64,000 bases of DNA from Azolla caroliniana (GCA_043228905.1 JBHGNT010000005.1:23684001-23748000), one strand, 5' to 3'; shown: positions 49,121 to 60,826, counted from the first letter of the stretch. Translations and numbers: made by a program. The notes: a model not told the origin generated them from the sequence alone.

Positions 49121-51247
49121 ATGAGGGGATCGGATCTTGCAGAGGCCATGGCTTCGGCCGTTGACCGGTTAGTAAACGCACGCGAGGGCTCCGACGCCCT
49201 CGACAGAGCCATTGAGGCGGTCGTCGGTACAATCGGCCGATTCAGCGGAAAGGATGCCACGAAGTACTTGGCGTCCTACGGTGCAGAGATGCTGATGCGG
49301 GACATTCCGGAAGAAAGGCGTCTTGCCGGATTTCCTCGAGTGGCGATGCTGAGCATCCATGCGGAGGTGCTCGAGGGGTGGGCGGAGAGCCGTACCTGGG
49401 AGGAGTTCGAAGGTCGGCTCCTAGAGAAATACGGGCTGGATGACGCGCTCCGGCTTTCGAAACGAAGCTTCATGGAATGGGTGGAGTCCCCTGGGAAGGG
49501 AAGAAACGCGTCGGCACTCCTCCGGGAGTTTGAGGAAAACTTTGCGCGCCTTTCGACGCTTGACCGAACGATCCTGGATACAAGCCGGGTCCTACTGTTC
49601 GTCAAGTCGGTGGACGAGCGGGATCGGGATCACGTGGGCGCCCTGTTGGAAACAGAAGACGGGCTGACGACCGACTGGGCGGCGGTTAAGAGAGCCTGCG
49701 GCCGTTTCGACAAACGGCGAGAATGGGCGGATAACGGGGTGACTAGGTCGGGCTCGGGCGCAGCAAGGAAGCTTGAACCGGCGCAACCGGTGCAAAAGGG
49801 AGAGACCCGGGAGTGGCTGGAAACCGGTTCAGCTTCGACCGGCGTGATCAGAGGCTCGACTGGAGGAGCTGCGCTGGAGGAATTGACGAGGGCGATAAAG
49901 GACCTCCAAATTGCACAAGCCCGCAGGGAAGGCAGCGAACCGGCTCGCGACCGACGGCCGGCAGCGGGAAACAGATGCATGTGGTGCGACGAGGTCGGCC
50001 ACATTCGGAAGGACTGCGGCGATTTCGCAGAGGCGCTGAAGAACTGGGTGGTGTACCTGTGGGAAGGTCGGGTGCACGCCAGCGACACCAGAAGGGCCCT
50101 AAACCGAAACGACGGGCGAGGAGGAATGAAGAGACTGATGGAAGAGGCGGCGGCCCGACATGCGGAAACCGTCCACTACTCGGCGTCGGCCAGCATTCGG
50201 GTCGGGGGCAGCGAGGCCCGAAAGGAAAGCAAAGCCGGGTTCTGGACGGCGACGCTGGAAGGCCTCGCCGGTACGCGGCTGAAAGGGGACGAAGCGGACC
50301 GCGCGGAGAAACGGGTCCGGGAGATAACCGGGTGGAGCGACCCGGTCGAGGAAAAGACGGGCTTCGTGGAAGCCGCCTGCCAGAACTACGAGGCTCTGGT
50401 AAAAGAGAAGCGGGTGGGGAAAACCGGAACGACCGGGCCCTCACAACGATACGAGACCCGGTTCGGGCAACGACGGAACGAGGCCGGCGGGTCCAGTGCG
50501 CAAGATAACCCCAGGAAGGGCGGATACCGACTGGGGACGGAAATAGAGAGGACCACGGACCTGTTGAAGGTCCTAGAAGAACGGATCCTCGACAGCAAGG
50601 TGGAGCTGTCATTACGGGAAGTGCTAGGAATCGCCAGGAAGGAGTTCCACGACTCCATCGTGGACTTGGTGAAGCGGAAGAGGCTGTCAACGGAGGTAGA
50701 ACCGGAAAGACCGGTAGAGGTGCGGACGACGCACCTAGACGACATGTCGCTGGAAGATGAGTGGGCGGAGAGCCACTATTCGAGGCCACACTGGGCCCGA
50801 GCGACCACGGAAACCCCGGTGAAGATCGGAGATGTCCAGGAACCGGTGGTAGCTTTGGTGGACCACGGTTCGGAGATCAACCTAATGTCCATGGACTTCT
50901 ACAAGAAGGGCAAATGGCCGATCAACACCAAGCACGGGTGGAAGATACGGGCGGCGACGCGTGCCACCGAGGAACTGCACGGGGCCTGCCCGAACGTACG
51001 GGTCAAGATCGGCGACGTCGAGATTGACCAGCACTTCTTCGTACAGGAGACGTCCTCGCATCCGGTAATATTGGGAGAGCCGTACATCACGGCGGCGCGA
51101 ATGGAGACCAAGGTGCTGAATAACGGTTCGGCCTATGCAAGGGTCAAAAGCCAGGACGGGCGCTGTTCGGTCCAGTTTCTGACGGTACGGCCGAACCACG
51201 AACGTAACCGCGACTCCCTCGGTTCCGAAAACCGAGAGGATTTTTAG
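49121..51247 (+). CDS. gag: Gag-protease (ORF1) of element A
   Basis: Open frame; zinc knuckle CMWCDEVGHIRKDC and PR LVDHGSEINL; ends at a slippery site. Confidence 0.88.
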   Translation: MRGSDLAEAMASAVDRLVNAREGSDALDRAIEAVVGTIGRFSGKDATKYLASYGAEMLMRDIPEERRLAGFPRVAMLSIHAEVLEGWAESRTWEEFEGRLLEKYGLDDALRLSKRSFMEWVESPGKGRNASALLREFEENFARLSTLDRTILDTSRVLLFVKSVDERDRDHVGALLETEDGLTTDWAAVKRACGRFDKRREWADNGVTRSGSGAARKLEPAQPVQKGETREWLETGSASTGVIRGSTGGAALEELTRAIKDLQIAQARREGSEPARDRRPAAGNRCMWCDEVGHIRKDCGDFAEALKNWVVYLWEGRVHASDTRRALNRNDGRGGMKRLMEEAAARHAETVHYSASASIRVGGSEARKESKAGFWTATLEGLAGTRLKGDEADRAEKRVREITGWSDPVEEKTGFVEAACQNYEALVKEKRVGKTGTTGPSQRYETRFGQRRNEAGGSSAQDNPRKGGYRLGTEIERTTDLLKVLEERILDSKVELSLREVLGIARKEFHDSIVDLVKRKRLSTEVEPERPVEVRTTHLDDMSLEDEWAESHYSRPHWARATTETPVKIGDVQEPVVALVDHGSEINLMSMDFYKKGKWPINTKHGWKIRAATRATEELHGACPNVRVKIGDVEIDQHFFVQETSSHPVILGEPYITAARMETKVLNNGSAYARVKSQDGRCSVQFLTVRPNHERNRDSLGSENREDF

Positions 51248-51303
51248 AGAGGACTGCCAAGGCGTGGGGCCGCCACAGTCCGGATGCTCCGGGAAAACCC
51301 CAC
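51238..51303 (+). promoter_or_regulatory. Predicted -1 ribosomal frameshift signal (GGATTTT plus H-type pseudoknot)
   Basis: Heptamer 51238-51244, 6-nt spacer, GGACTG/CAGTCC stem and GTGGGG/CCCCAC second stem; the -1 frame is open into pol. Confidence 0.8.
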
Positions 51304-53930
51304 ATCTGTACGATAAGACCGTGTACAATAGGTAGGAAATTTTGCTTCTCCGACAGCGGAGCATGTACGATAGTCGGCATTGCCGGCCGAGAGAAGACAA
51401 AGACGGAGGGGAGACTTCGAGCGTGCGGAGTTCTCGGCCCTGACGAGGAAATCAACGGAGCCGTGGAGGCGGTCTCCTTCGACGACACCTTGGGAATGCT
51501 GGGGAAGGTAGTCGAAGAAGACCTTAACGAAGACCGGACGATACCGGTATGTTCCGAAGAGATGTACGAAGCCATCGCGGACTTTGGTCGGGGGCTCGAG
51601 TCGGATCGGACGGCCCGAGTAAGCACCAAGTACAAGACTGTGGACTGGAAGGTAAGGCCAGTCGCGGTACCCTTACCGGAGGGCAGCGAGTCGCGAATCA
51701 AAGGGGTTGCATCGGACCCCAGTTTACGAGATCCGGCCTGCATAGGACACACCTTCACCAACGAGACGCTCTGGGAGCTCAAAATCGGTGGGGGCGGGTT
51801 CCTACTACCGGCGGAGGAAGACCGGTTTCGGAGAATGCTCGGAAGGCACGGGAAAGCCTTCGCATTCTCACCGGAGGAAATCGGGTGCGTAGACCCGACG
51901 ATCGTAGAGCCGATGGTGGTATTCACGGTACCGCATGTACCGTGGAATCTCAAGCCAATTCCGGTTCCGAGAGCTCACATCCCGAAATTGATGGAGCTGT
52001 TGAAGCAGAAAGTTGATATGGGCATTCTCGAGCCGTCGAGCGCCCCGTATTCAAACCGATGGTTTACCGTACCAAAGAAAAACGGATCATTGCGCTTCAT
52101 TCAGGACCTGCAACCGGTCAATAGGAGGACCATTCGGAACGCAGGGATCAGACCGACCATAGACGAGTTCGCGGAGGCCTTCGCCGGAAGGTCGATTTAC
52201 TCGGTCGGTGATCTATACTCAGGGTACGACCAGTTCCAGCTAGCCGTGGAGAGCAGAGACATTACGACGATGCGAACTCCCCTCGGCCTAGTGCGGATGT
52301 GTACGCTGCCGCAAGGAGGGACCAACTCGGTGGCCCACATGGTGAATGCGATGAACAAGGTTCTGAGGGACTGCATCCCGGACATCACCATGCCGTTTCT
52401 GGACGACATCCCGATCAAGGGATGCCCGGTAGCAGAGAAGGACGAGACGATCGGGCCGGACGGATGTCGGCGATTCGTGGCGACGCACATCGACGACTGC
52501 GAGAAGGTGCTGCAAAGGCTAGAGGATGCGAGGCTCACCTTCTCGGGGGAGAAATCAGCCTTCGGGCAGTCGGAAATCATGGTGGTCGGACACTTATGTG
52601 GGCCATATGGCCGGAAACCGTCTCCGGCAAAGGTAGAAGCCATCTCCGCGATGAAGCCCGACTTCAGCTCGGTCACGGAAGTGCGAAGATTCTTGGGAGC
52701 ATGCGCGTTCTACCACATATGGATCCCGCATTACGCACACGTCGCGGAGCCGCTGTACGGGTTGTTGAAGAAAGGGCGAAGGTTCGAATGGCTTGACAAG
52801 CACACGGAGTTGGTCCGGAAGCTGAAGGAGGCTCTTTCGGCAGCACCGGCGCTCCGGAAGGCCGTCTACAAGAAGGGCACCCGAGTATACATAACGGTTG
52901 ACACGAGTCCGACCGGAATCGGGTGGGTCGTCAACCAACAAGACGAGGACGGCAATCGGTTTCCGATCCGATTCGGCGTGAAAGTCCTCAGTGAGCGGCA
53001 GCGAGGATACGCCCAGGTTAAACGCGAACTCTGGGGCATCGTTTCGGCGGTAAAGGCCGACAAAGACTATCTGATCGGGACAGAAGTGATTATCGAGACG
53101 GATTGCCTGCCAATTCTCGGCATGGTTTCCGGATGCGCGACACCGGACCTGGCGATGCTCAGGTGGATAGCGTACATCAAGTCCCTGGACCCGGAAATAC
53201 GACACATTTCCGGAAAAGACAACGCCATGGCCGACATGCTTTCGAGGGCGAGGTTCGATGACGAGGGCGGCATGGTTTCGGAGGACGAAGAGGTCGGCGT
53301 GGACTTCTTCGAGGCAGCATACGTAACAACAGACGGGACGAGCACTCCGGCGCTTAACGACTTCGACGCGAGCAAGTACGACGGGGAGTGGCTGCGGATC
53401 GGCGGGTTCTTGAGGACAATGGCGCCGGATGCGTCATGGACGAAAGACGAGCCCAACCGGATTCGGAAGAAAGCGTACCGGTTCTTTCTCCGGGATGGCT
53501 ATCTATGGAAACACCCGAAGAAGAGGAGCGGCGTCCCGCTCCGGGTGGTGGCGATGAAGGAAGAACAGGAGGAGCTGCTGGCGGCCTACCACGACAGCCC
53601 TTGGGCTGGACACCGAGGAACGTGGGCCACGTTCGAGAAACTAAAGGGGAAGTACTGGTGGCCGGGATTGTACCGGGACGTGCGTCGGTTCGTGACGACT
53701 TGCGAAAACTGTCAGATGCACTCCGTAGTCCGACACCGGGACGAGCTTCACCCTACGTACCCTTCGACCATCCACTTCAAATGGATGGTAGATCCGGTGA
53801 CGATGCCAATGGGGGTAGGACAGATGCGGTATCTGGTCCTAGCACGGGAGGATCTGACGAACCAGGTGGAAGGCCGGGCCCTTCAGAACAAAACGACTGC
53901 GGCCGTATGTCGGTTCCTAATCGAGGACGT
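51244..53930 (+). pseudogene. pol: pol of element A (RT, RNase H, integrase N-terminus), interrupted by B
   Basis: MPFLDDIPIKG, VDTSPTGIG, HDS..GH..C..C; breaks at IEDV. Confidence 0.9.
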
Positions 53931-54295
53931 TGTCGTGAAGAAAACCGTCCATAGGCGGAATCGGCGCACCTAGGCGTGGGAACCGGTTCTTCACGCGCGC
54001 AAGCTCCGAGTTGTACATAAAAGCGAATTAGGAGGATAATCGGCAGGAACGGGCCCTAACTCAAGTGGAGACAAAGACCGCGCGAACAGTCTTTTCGGTC
54101 GCGCGCGCGAACTGTACGAGTCGGCGGCGTAACTACGCGGATGCGTGAAAAACGGAGGGGATCCTTGTCCAAAAGGGACAAGGAATAAAGCTGATATGAC
54201 GGCCTGCTCGTCGGCCTATATAAGGAGCAGGAAAGAGCTGTTGCAGGGATCTCGCGCGGGAGGAGGACGAAGTGCTGCCGGACCGTTTCTGGGCG

Positions 54296-54334
<39 letters not shown>

Positions 54335-54786
54335 TTCCTTCCTTCTCGAGCTCCATAGCTTCTGTGCAGGGTTCCGAGGAGGCTCGCGCTGTTTCGAGGA
54401 ACGCCCGAGTGCTTCCGGCAGCACCTCCGACCTGCTACCCCGTTTGTGCGTCGAAGCGAACAGGCATCGGCATCTGTTCGCCGGCCTGTTCGGTTGTAAA
54501 CAACCTGTGCCCCATCGAGGGTTGTAGTCGTGTTAGCCATTTTTGTTAATACACTTATTTAGTCATTCGCATCTGTTTGTGTCGGTGTCTGTTCGCGTTC
54601 TCCGTGCTGAAGGGCCGTGTCCCTGCGTATTCCCGGTCCTGCGTAGCCGGTTCTCTCTCTTTCTCCTCCCTTGCTTGCTCTTTGGTTCGAGACTCCCGCG
54701 GTCCCGCCTCATTTCACACGCACTTGCGTAATAATCTCGACATATTTGGTGAACCCGACGTGAAAGAGGCGGCAGAAGAGCAGAAG

Positions 54787-57000
54787 ATGAGGGGGTCGGA
54801 TCTTGCAGAGGCCATGGCTTCGGCCGTGGATCGGATTGTAAACGCGCGCGAGGGCACCGGTGCCCTCGACAGAGCTATTGAGGCGGTCGTCGGCACGATC
54901 GGCCGGTTCGATGGGAGGGATGCCACGAAGTATCTAGCGTCCTACGGTGCGGAAATGTTGATGCGGGACATTCCGGAAGAAAGGCGTCTTGCCGGATTTC
55001 CCCGAGTCGCAATGCCGGGCATCCATGCGGAGGTGCTCGAGGTGCGGGCGGAGAGCCGTACCTGGGAGGAGTTCGAAGGTCGGCTCCTAGAGAAATACGG
55101 GCTGGACGACGCGCTCCGGCTTTCGAAGCGAAGGTTCATGGAATGGGTGGAGTCCCCGGGGAAGGGAAGAAACGCTTCGGCACTCCTCCGGGAGTTCGAG
55201 GAAAACTTTGCGCGCCTTTCGGCGCTCGACCGAACCATCCTGGACACGAGCCGGGTCTTGCTGTTTGTCAAGTCGGTCGACGAGCGGGATCGGGAGCAAG
55301 TGGGCCTCTTGCTGGAAACCGAAGACGGGCTCACTACCGACTGGGCGGCTGTCAAGAAAGTCTGTGGCCGTTTCGACAAACGGCGAGAATGGGCGGATAA
55401 CGGGGTAACCGGGTCGGGCTCGGTCGCAGCAAGGAAGTTCGAACCAGCGCCACGGGTGCGAAAGGAAGAGACCGGAGAGTGGTTGGAAACCGGTTCGGCT
55501 TCGACCGGCGTAGTCAGAGGCTCAACCGGAGGAGCGGCGCTGGAGGAATTGACGAGGGCGGTAAAGGACCTCCAAATCGCGCAAGCCCGAAGGGAAGGTG
55601 GCGAACCGGCTCGTGACCGACGGCCGGCGGCAGGAAACAGGTGCATGTGGTGCGATGAAGTCGGCCACATTCGGAAGGACTGCGGCGACTTCGCGGAGGC
55701 GCTAAGGGACAGGGTGGTGTACCTGTGGGAAGGACGGGTGCATGCCAGCGACACCCGAAGGACCCTGAGCCGAAACGACGGAAAAGGTGGTATGAAAAGG
55801 TTGATGGAAGAGGCGGCGGCCCGGCACGCGGAAACCGTCCACTACTCGGCGTCGGCCGGCATTCGAGTCGGGGGCGGCGAGGCCCGAAAGGAAAGCAAAG
55901 CCGGATTCTGGCCGACGATGCTGGAAGGCCTTGCCGGTGCAAGGCTTAAAGGGGAGGAATCGGACCGTGCGGAGAAACGGGTACGGGAGATGACCGGGTG
56001 GAGCGACCCGGTCGAGGAAAGGACGGGCTTCGTGGAAGCCGCTTGCCAGAACTACGAGGCTCTGGTAGAAGAGAAGCGGGTGGGGAGACCCGGGACGACC
56101 GGGCCCTCACAACGATACGAGACCCGGTCCGGGCCACGACGGGACGAAGCCGGCGGGGCCGGTACGCAAGATAAACCCCAGAAGGGCGGGTACCGTCTGG
56201 GGACGGAGATAGAAAGGACCACGGACTTACGAAAGGTCCTGGAGGAACGGATCCTCGACAGCAAGGTGGAGCTGTCGCTACGAGAGGTGCTGGGAATCGC
56301 CAAGAAGGAGTTCCACGACTCCATCGTGGACTTGGTGAAACGGAAGAGGCTGTCGACGGAGACAGAACCGGAGAGACCGGTGGAAGTGCGGACGACGCAC
56401 CTAGACGACATGGCGCTGGGAGACGAGTGGGCGGAAAGCCACTATTCGAGACCACACTGGGCCCGAGCGACCACGGAAACCCCGGTAAAGATCGGCGATG
56501 TCCAGGAACCGGTGATAGCTTTGGTGGACCACGGATCGGAGATCAATTTGATGTCCATGGACTTCTATAAGAAGGGCAAATGGCCGATCAACACCAAGCA
56601 CGGGTGGAAAATAAGGGCAGCAACGCGCGCCACCGAGGAACTGCACGGGGCCTGTCCGAATGTGCAAGTCAAGATCGGCGACGTTGAGATTGACCAGCAC
56701 TTCTTCGTGCAGGAGACGTCTTCGCATCCGGTCATTCTAGGAGAGCCGTACATCACGGCGGCGCGAATGGAGACCAAAGTGCTGGACAATGGTTCGGCCT
56801 ACGCAAGGGTCAAAAGCCAAGACGGGCGCCATTCGGTCCAGTTTCTGACGGTACGGCCGAACCACGAACGTAACCGCGACTCCCTCGGTTCGAAAACCGA
56901 GAGGATTTTTAGAGAGGACTGCCAAGGCGTGGGGCCGCGACAGTCCGGATGCTTCGGGAAACCCCCACATCTGTACGATAAAACCGTGTACAATAGGTAG
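54787..57000 (+). CDS. gag: Gag-protease of element B (C-terminus shifted by a 1-nt deletion)
   Basis: Close homolog of the ORF1 of A; zinc knuckle and DHG protease motif. Confidence 0.88.
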   Translation: MRGSDLAEAMASAVDRIVNAREGTGALDRAIEAVVGTIGRFDGRDATKYLASYGAEMLMRDIPEERRLAGFPRVAMPGIHAEVLEVRAESRTWEEFEGRLLEKYGLDDALRLSKRRFMEWVESPGKGRNASALLREFEENFARLSALDRTILDTSRVLLFVKSVDERDREQVGLLLETEDGLTTDWAAVKKVCGRFDKRREWADNGVTGSGSVAARKFEPAPRVRKEETGEWLETGSASTGVVRGSTGGAALEELTRAVKDLQIAQARREGGEPARDRRPAAGNRCMWCDEVGHIRKDCGDFAEALRDRVVYLWEGRVHASDTRRTLSRNDGKGGMKRLMEEAAARHAETVHYSASAGIRVGGGEARKESKAGFWPTMLEGLAGARLKGEESDRAEKRVREMTGWSDPVEERTGFVEAACQNYEALVEEKRVGRPGTTGPSQRYETRSGPRRDEAGGAGTQDKPQKGGYRLGTEIERTTDLRKVLEERILDSKVELSLREVLGIAKKEFHDSIVDLVKRKRLSTETEPERPVEVRTTHLDDMALGDEWAESHYSRPHWARATTETPVKIGDVQEPVIALVDHGSEINLMSMDFYKKGKWPINTKHGWKIRAATRATEELHGACPNVQVKIGDVEIDQHFFVQETSSHPVILGEPYITAARMETKVLDNGSAYARVKSQDGRHSVQFLTVRPNHERNRDSLGSKTERIFREDCQGVGPRQSGCFGKPPHLYDKTVYNR

Positions 57001-57034
57001 GAAATTTTGCTTCTCCGACAGCGGGGCATGTACG

Positions 57035-60000
57035 ATGGTCGGCATCACCGGCCGAGAGAAAACAAAGACGGAGGGGAGACTTCGGGCGTGCGGAGTTCTC
57101 GGCCCTGACGAAGGAATCAACGGAGCCGTGGAGGCAGTCTCCTTCGACGACACCTTGGGGATGCTGGGGAAGGTAGTCGAAGAAGACCTTAACGAAGACC
57201 GGACGATACCGGTATGTTCCAAAGAAATGTACGAAGTCATCGCGGACTTCGGTCGAGGGCTCGAGTCGGAACGGACGGCCCGAGTGAGCACCAAGTACAA
57301 GACGGTGGACCGGAAGGTGAGGCCAGTTGCGGCGCCCTTACCGGAGGGCAGCGAATCCCGAATCAAAGGGGTTGCATCGGACCCCAGCTTACGAGATCCG
57401 GCCTGCATAGGACACACCTTCACCAACGAGACGCTCCGCGAGCTGAAGATCGGTGGGGGCGGGTTCCTACTGTCGGCGGAGGAAGACCGGTTCCGGAGAA
57501 TGCTCGGAAGGCACGGGAAAGCCTTCGCATTCTCGCCGGAGGAAATCGGGTGCGTAGACCCGACGATCGTAGAGCCAATGGTGATATTCACGGTACCGCA
57601 TGTACCGTGGAATCTCAAGCCAATTCCGGTTCCGAGAGCTCACATCCCGAAGTTGATGGAGCTGTTGAAGCAGAAAGTTGAGATGGGCATTCTCGAGCCG
57701 TCGAGCGCCCCGTATTCAAACCGATGGTTTACCGTACCAAAGAAAAACGGGTCATTACGCTTCATTCAGGACCTGCAACCGGTCAATAGGGTGACCATTC
57801 GGAACGCAGGAATCGGACCGACCGTAGACGAGTTCGCGGAGGCCTTCGCCGGAAGGTCGATTTACTCGGTCGGTGATCTATATTCAGGGTACGACCAGTT
57901 CCAGCTAGCCGTGGAGAGCAGAGACATTACGACGATGCGAACTCCCCTCGGCCTAGTGCGGATGTGTACGCTGCCGCAAGAAGGGACCAACTCGGTGGCC
58001 CACATGGTGAATGCAATGAACAAGGTGCTGAGGGACTGCGTCCCGGACATCACCATGCCGTTTCTAGACGACATCCCGATCAAGGGATGCCCGGTAGAAG
58101 AGAAGGACGAGACGGTCGGGCCGGACGGATGCCGGCGATTCGTGATGGCGCACATCGACGACTGCGAGAAGGTGCTGCAAAGGCTAGAGGACGCGAGGCT
58201 CACCTTCTCGGGGGAGAAATCAGCCTTCGGGCAGTCGGAAATCATGGTGGTCGGACACTTATGTGGGCCATATGGCCGGAAACCGTCTCCGGCAAAGGTA
58301 GAAGCCATCTCCGCGATGAAGCCCGACTGCAGCTCGGTCACAGAAGTACGAAGATTCTTGGGAGCATGCGCCTTCTACCACATATGGATCCCGCATTACG
58401 CGCACGTCGCGGAGCCACTGTACGGATTATTGAAAAAAGGGCGAAGATTCGAATGGCTAGACAAGCACGCGGAGTCGGTCCGGAAGCTGAAGGAGGCTCT
58501 TTCGGCAGCACCGGCGCTCCGAAAGGCTGTCTACGGGAAGGGCACCCCAGTGTACATAACGGTTGACACGAGTCCGACCGGAATCGGGTGGGTCGTCAAC
58601 CAAGAAGACGAGGACGGCAATCGGTTTCCGATCCGATTCGGCGCGAAGGTCCTCAGCGAACGGCAGCGAGGATATGCCCAGGTTAAACGCGAACTCTGGG
58701 GTATCGTTTCGGCGGTGAAGGCCGACAAGGACTATCTGATCGGGACGGAGGTAGTCATAGAGACGGATTGCATGCCGATTCTCGGCATGGTTTCCGGATG
58801 TGCGACGCCGGACCTGGCAATGCTCAGGTGGATAGCGTACGTCAAGTCCCTAGACCCGGTAATACGACACATTTCCGGGAAAGACAACGCCATGGCCGAC
58901 ATGCTTTCAAGGGCGAGATTCGATGACGAGGGCGGCATGGTTTCGGAGGACGAAGAGGTCGGCGTGGACTTCTTCGAGACTGCGTATGTAACAACCGACG
59001 GAAAAAGCACTCCGGCGCTTAGCGACTTCGACGCGAGCAAGTACGACGGGGAGTGGCTGCAGATCGGTGGGTTTTTGAAGACAATGACGCCGGATGCGTC
59101 ATGGACGAAAGACGAGGCCAACCGGATCCGGAAGAAAGCGTACCGATTCTTTCTCCGGGACGGCTATCTATGGAAGCACCCGAAGAAGAGGGACGGCGCT
59201 CCGCTCCGGGTGGTGGCGATGAAGGGAGAACAGGAGGAGCTGCTGACGGCCTACCACGACAGCCCTTGGGCTGGACACCGTGGAACATGGGCTACGTTTG
59301 AGAAACTGAAGGGGAAGTATTGGTGGCCGGGGCAGTACCAGGACGTGCATCGGTTCGTGACAACTTGCGAGAGCTGTCAGATGCACTCCATAGTCCGACA
59401 CCGGGACGAGCTTCACCCTACGTACCCCCCGACCATCCACTTCAAATGGATGGTAGATCTGGTGACGATGCCAATGGGGGTAGGACAGATGCGGTACCTG
59501 GTCCTAGCACGGGAGGATCTGACGAACCAGGTGGAGGGCCGAGCCCTCCCGAACAAAACAACCGCGGCCGTATGTCGGTTCCTAATCGAGGACGTGATAT
59601 GCCGGTACGGGTGCGTCGGGAAGATCGTGGCTGATCGAGGGGAGTTGGACACCGAAGAAGCCGCGGAGCTGTTCGACCGGCTCGGAGTTAAGCTCTCGCT
59701 CACCACTGCGTACAATCCGGAGGCGAATGGGAAGGTGGAGCGCGGACACGGGCCGATCGTCAAGGCGTTGGTTCGGGCGTGCAGAGGCCAAGTCAGTAAC
59801 TGGCCGCGGCTGCTGCCTTATGCCTTGTGGGCAGACCGGACCACGCACAGTTCGGTAACCGGGTACATGCCGACGGAGCTCATGTTCGGCCAGAAGCCGG
59901 TCATGCCGATGGAACGGACGATCTCCTCGTGGGCAACGGTCGCCTGGCGGGACGAGATGAGCCGGGAGGAGTTGTTGGCCGCGCGCATACGACAGCTCGA

Positions 60001-60391
60001 GCGGAGACCGGAGGACGTGGAACTGGCTACGGAGAGGCTCCGGGTGGCGAGGGCAAAGAACAAAGCCAGGTTCGACCGAACGCACCGGCTCCGACCGAAG
60101 AAGATCGAAGAAGGTGACTGGGTGCTCGTCTACGACAGCAGTCTCGACAACCAGCACCGAGCTACAAGGAAGTTCGCACGTAGGTGGTTTGGGCCTTACG
60201 CGGTACGGAGCGCCAATGGCAACGGGACATATCACCTGGCGGAACTCGACGGCACGAGAATGGCGATACCGGTTGCAGGGAAGCGGATCAAAGCGTTCAA
60301 AAAGCGACACGACGACGAGCCAGACCCGGCTCTTCTAGTCAGCAGTGACGAACGATCCGAAAACGAGGAAGAACCGACGGGCGAGGAATGA
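57035..60391 (+). CDS. pol: Intact pol (RT-RNase H-integrase) of element B, 1118 aa; frame open from the slippery site at 56903
   Basis: RT FLDD, RNase H, HHCC, DDE core (ADRGEL, NGKVERGH) and GPY motif; no chromodomain visible. Confidence 0.95.
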   Translation: MVGITGREKTKTEGRLRACGVLGPDEGINGAVEAVSFDDTLGMLGKVVEEDLNEDRTIPVCSKEMYEVIADFGRGLESERTARVSTKYKTVDRKVRPVAAPLPEGSESRIKGVASDPSLRDPACIGHTFTNETLRELKIGGGGFLLSAEEDRFRRMLGRHGKAFAFSPEEIGCVDPTIVEPMVIFTVPHVPWNLKPIPVPRAHIPKLMELLKQKVEMGILEPSSAPYSNRWFTVPKKNGSLRFIQDLQPVNRVTIRNAGIGPTVDEFAEAFAGRSIYSVGDLYSGYDQFQLAVESRDITTMRTPLGLVRMCTLPQEGTNSVAHMVNAMNKVLRDCVPDITMPFLDDIPIKGCPVEEKDETVGPDGCRRFVMAHIDDCEKVLQRLEDARLTFSGEKSAFGQSEIMVVGHLCGPYGRKPSPAKVEAISAMKPDCSSVTEVRRFLGACAFYHIWIPHYAHVAEPLYGLLKKGRRFEWLDKHAESVRKLKEALSAAPALRKAVYGKGTPVYITVDTSPTGIGWVVNQEDEDGNRFPIRFGAKVLSERQRGYAQVKRELWGIVSAVKADKDYLIGTEVVIETDCMPILGMVSGCATPDLAMLRWIAYVKSLDPVIRHISGKDNAMADMLSRARFDDEGGMVSEDEEVGVDFFETAYVTTDGKSTPALSDFDASKYDGEWLQIGGFLKTMTPDASWTKDEANRIRKKAYRFFLRDGYLWKHPKKRDGAPLRVVAMKGEQEELLTAYHDSPWAGHRGTWATFEKLKGKYWWPGQYQDVHRFVTTCESCQMHSIVRHRDELHPTYPPTIHFKWMVDLVTMPMGVGQMRYLVLAREDLTNQVEGRALPNKTTAAVCRFLIEDVICRYGCVGKIVADRGELDTEEAAELFDRLGVKLSLTTAYNPEANGKVERGHGPIVKALVRACRGQVSNWPRLLPYALWADRTTHSSVTGYMPTELMFGQKPVMPMERTISSWATVAWRDEMSREELLAARIRQLERRPEDVELATERLRVARAKNKARFDRTHRLRPKKIEEGDWVLVYDSSLDNQHRATRKFARRWFGPYAVRSANGNGTYHLAELDGTRMAIPVAGKRIKAFKKRHDDEPDPALLVSSDERSENEEEPTGEE

Positions 60392-60826
60392 AGACGGGCC
60401 GGTTTTCTCCGTCCCAACTCTCTGGCGCATACCGGAGGATGCGCGGTTAGGTGGGGGCGGATGTCGTGAAGAAAACCGTCCATAGGCGGAATCGGCGCAC
60501 CTAGGCGTGGGAACCGGTTCTTCACGCGCGCAAGCTCCGAGTTGTACATAAAAGCGAATTAGGAGGATAATCGGCAGGAACGGGCCCTAACTCAAGTGGA
60601 GACAAAGACCGCGCGAACAGTCTTTTCGGTCGCGCGCGCGAACTGTACGAGTCGGCGGCGTAACTACGCGGATGCGTGAAAAACGGAGGGGATCCCTGTC
60701 CAAAAGGGACAAGGAATAAAGCTGATATGACGGCCTGCTCGTCGGCCTATATAAGGAGCAGGAAAGAGCTGTTGCAGGGATCTCGCGCGGGAGGAGGACG
60801 AAGTGCTGCCGGACCGTTTCTGGGCG

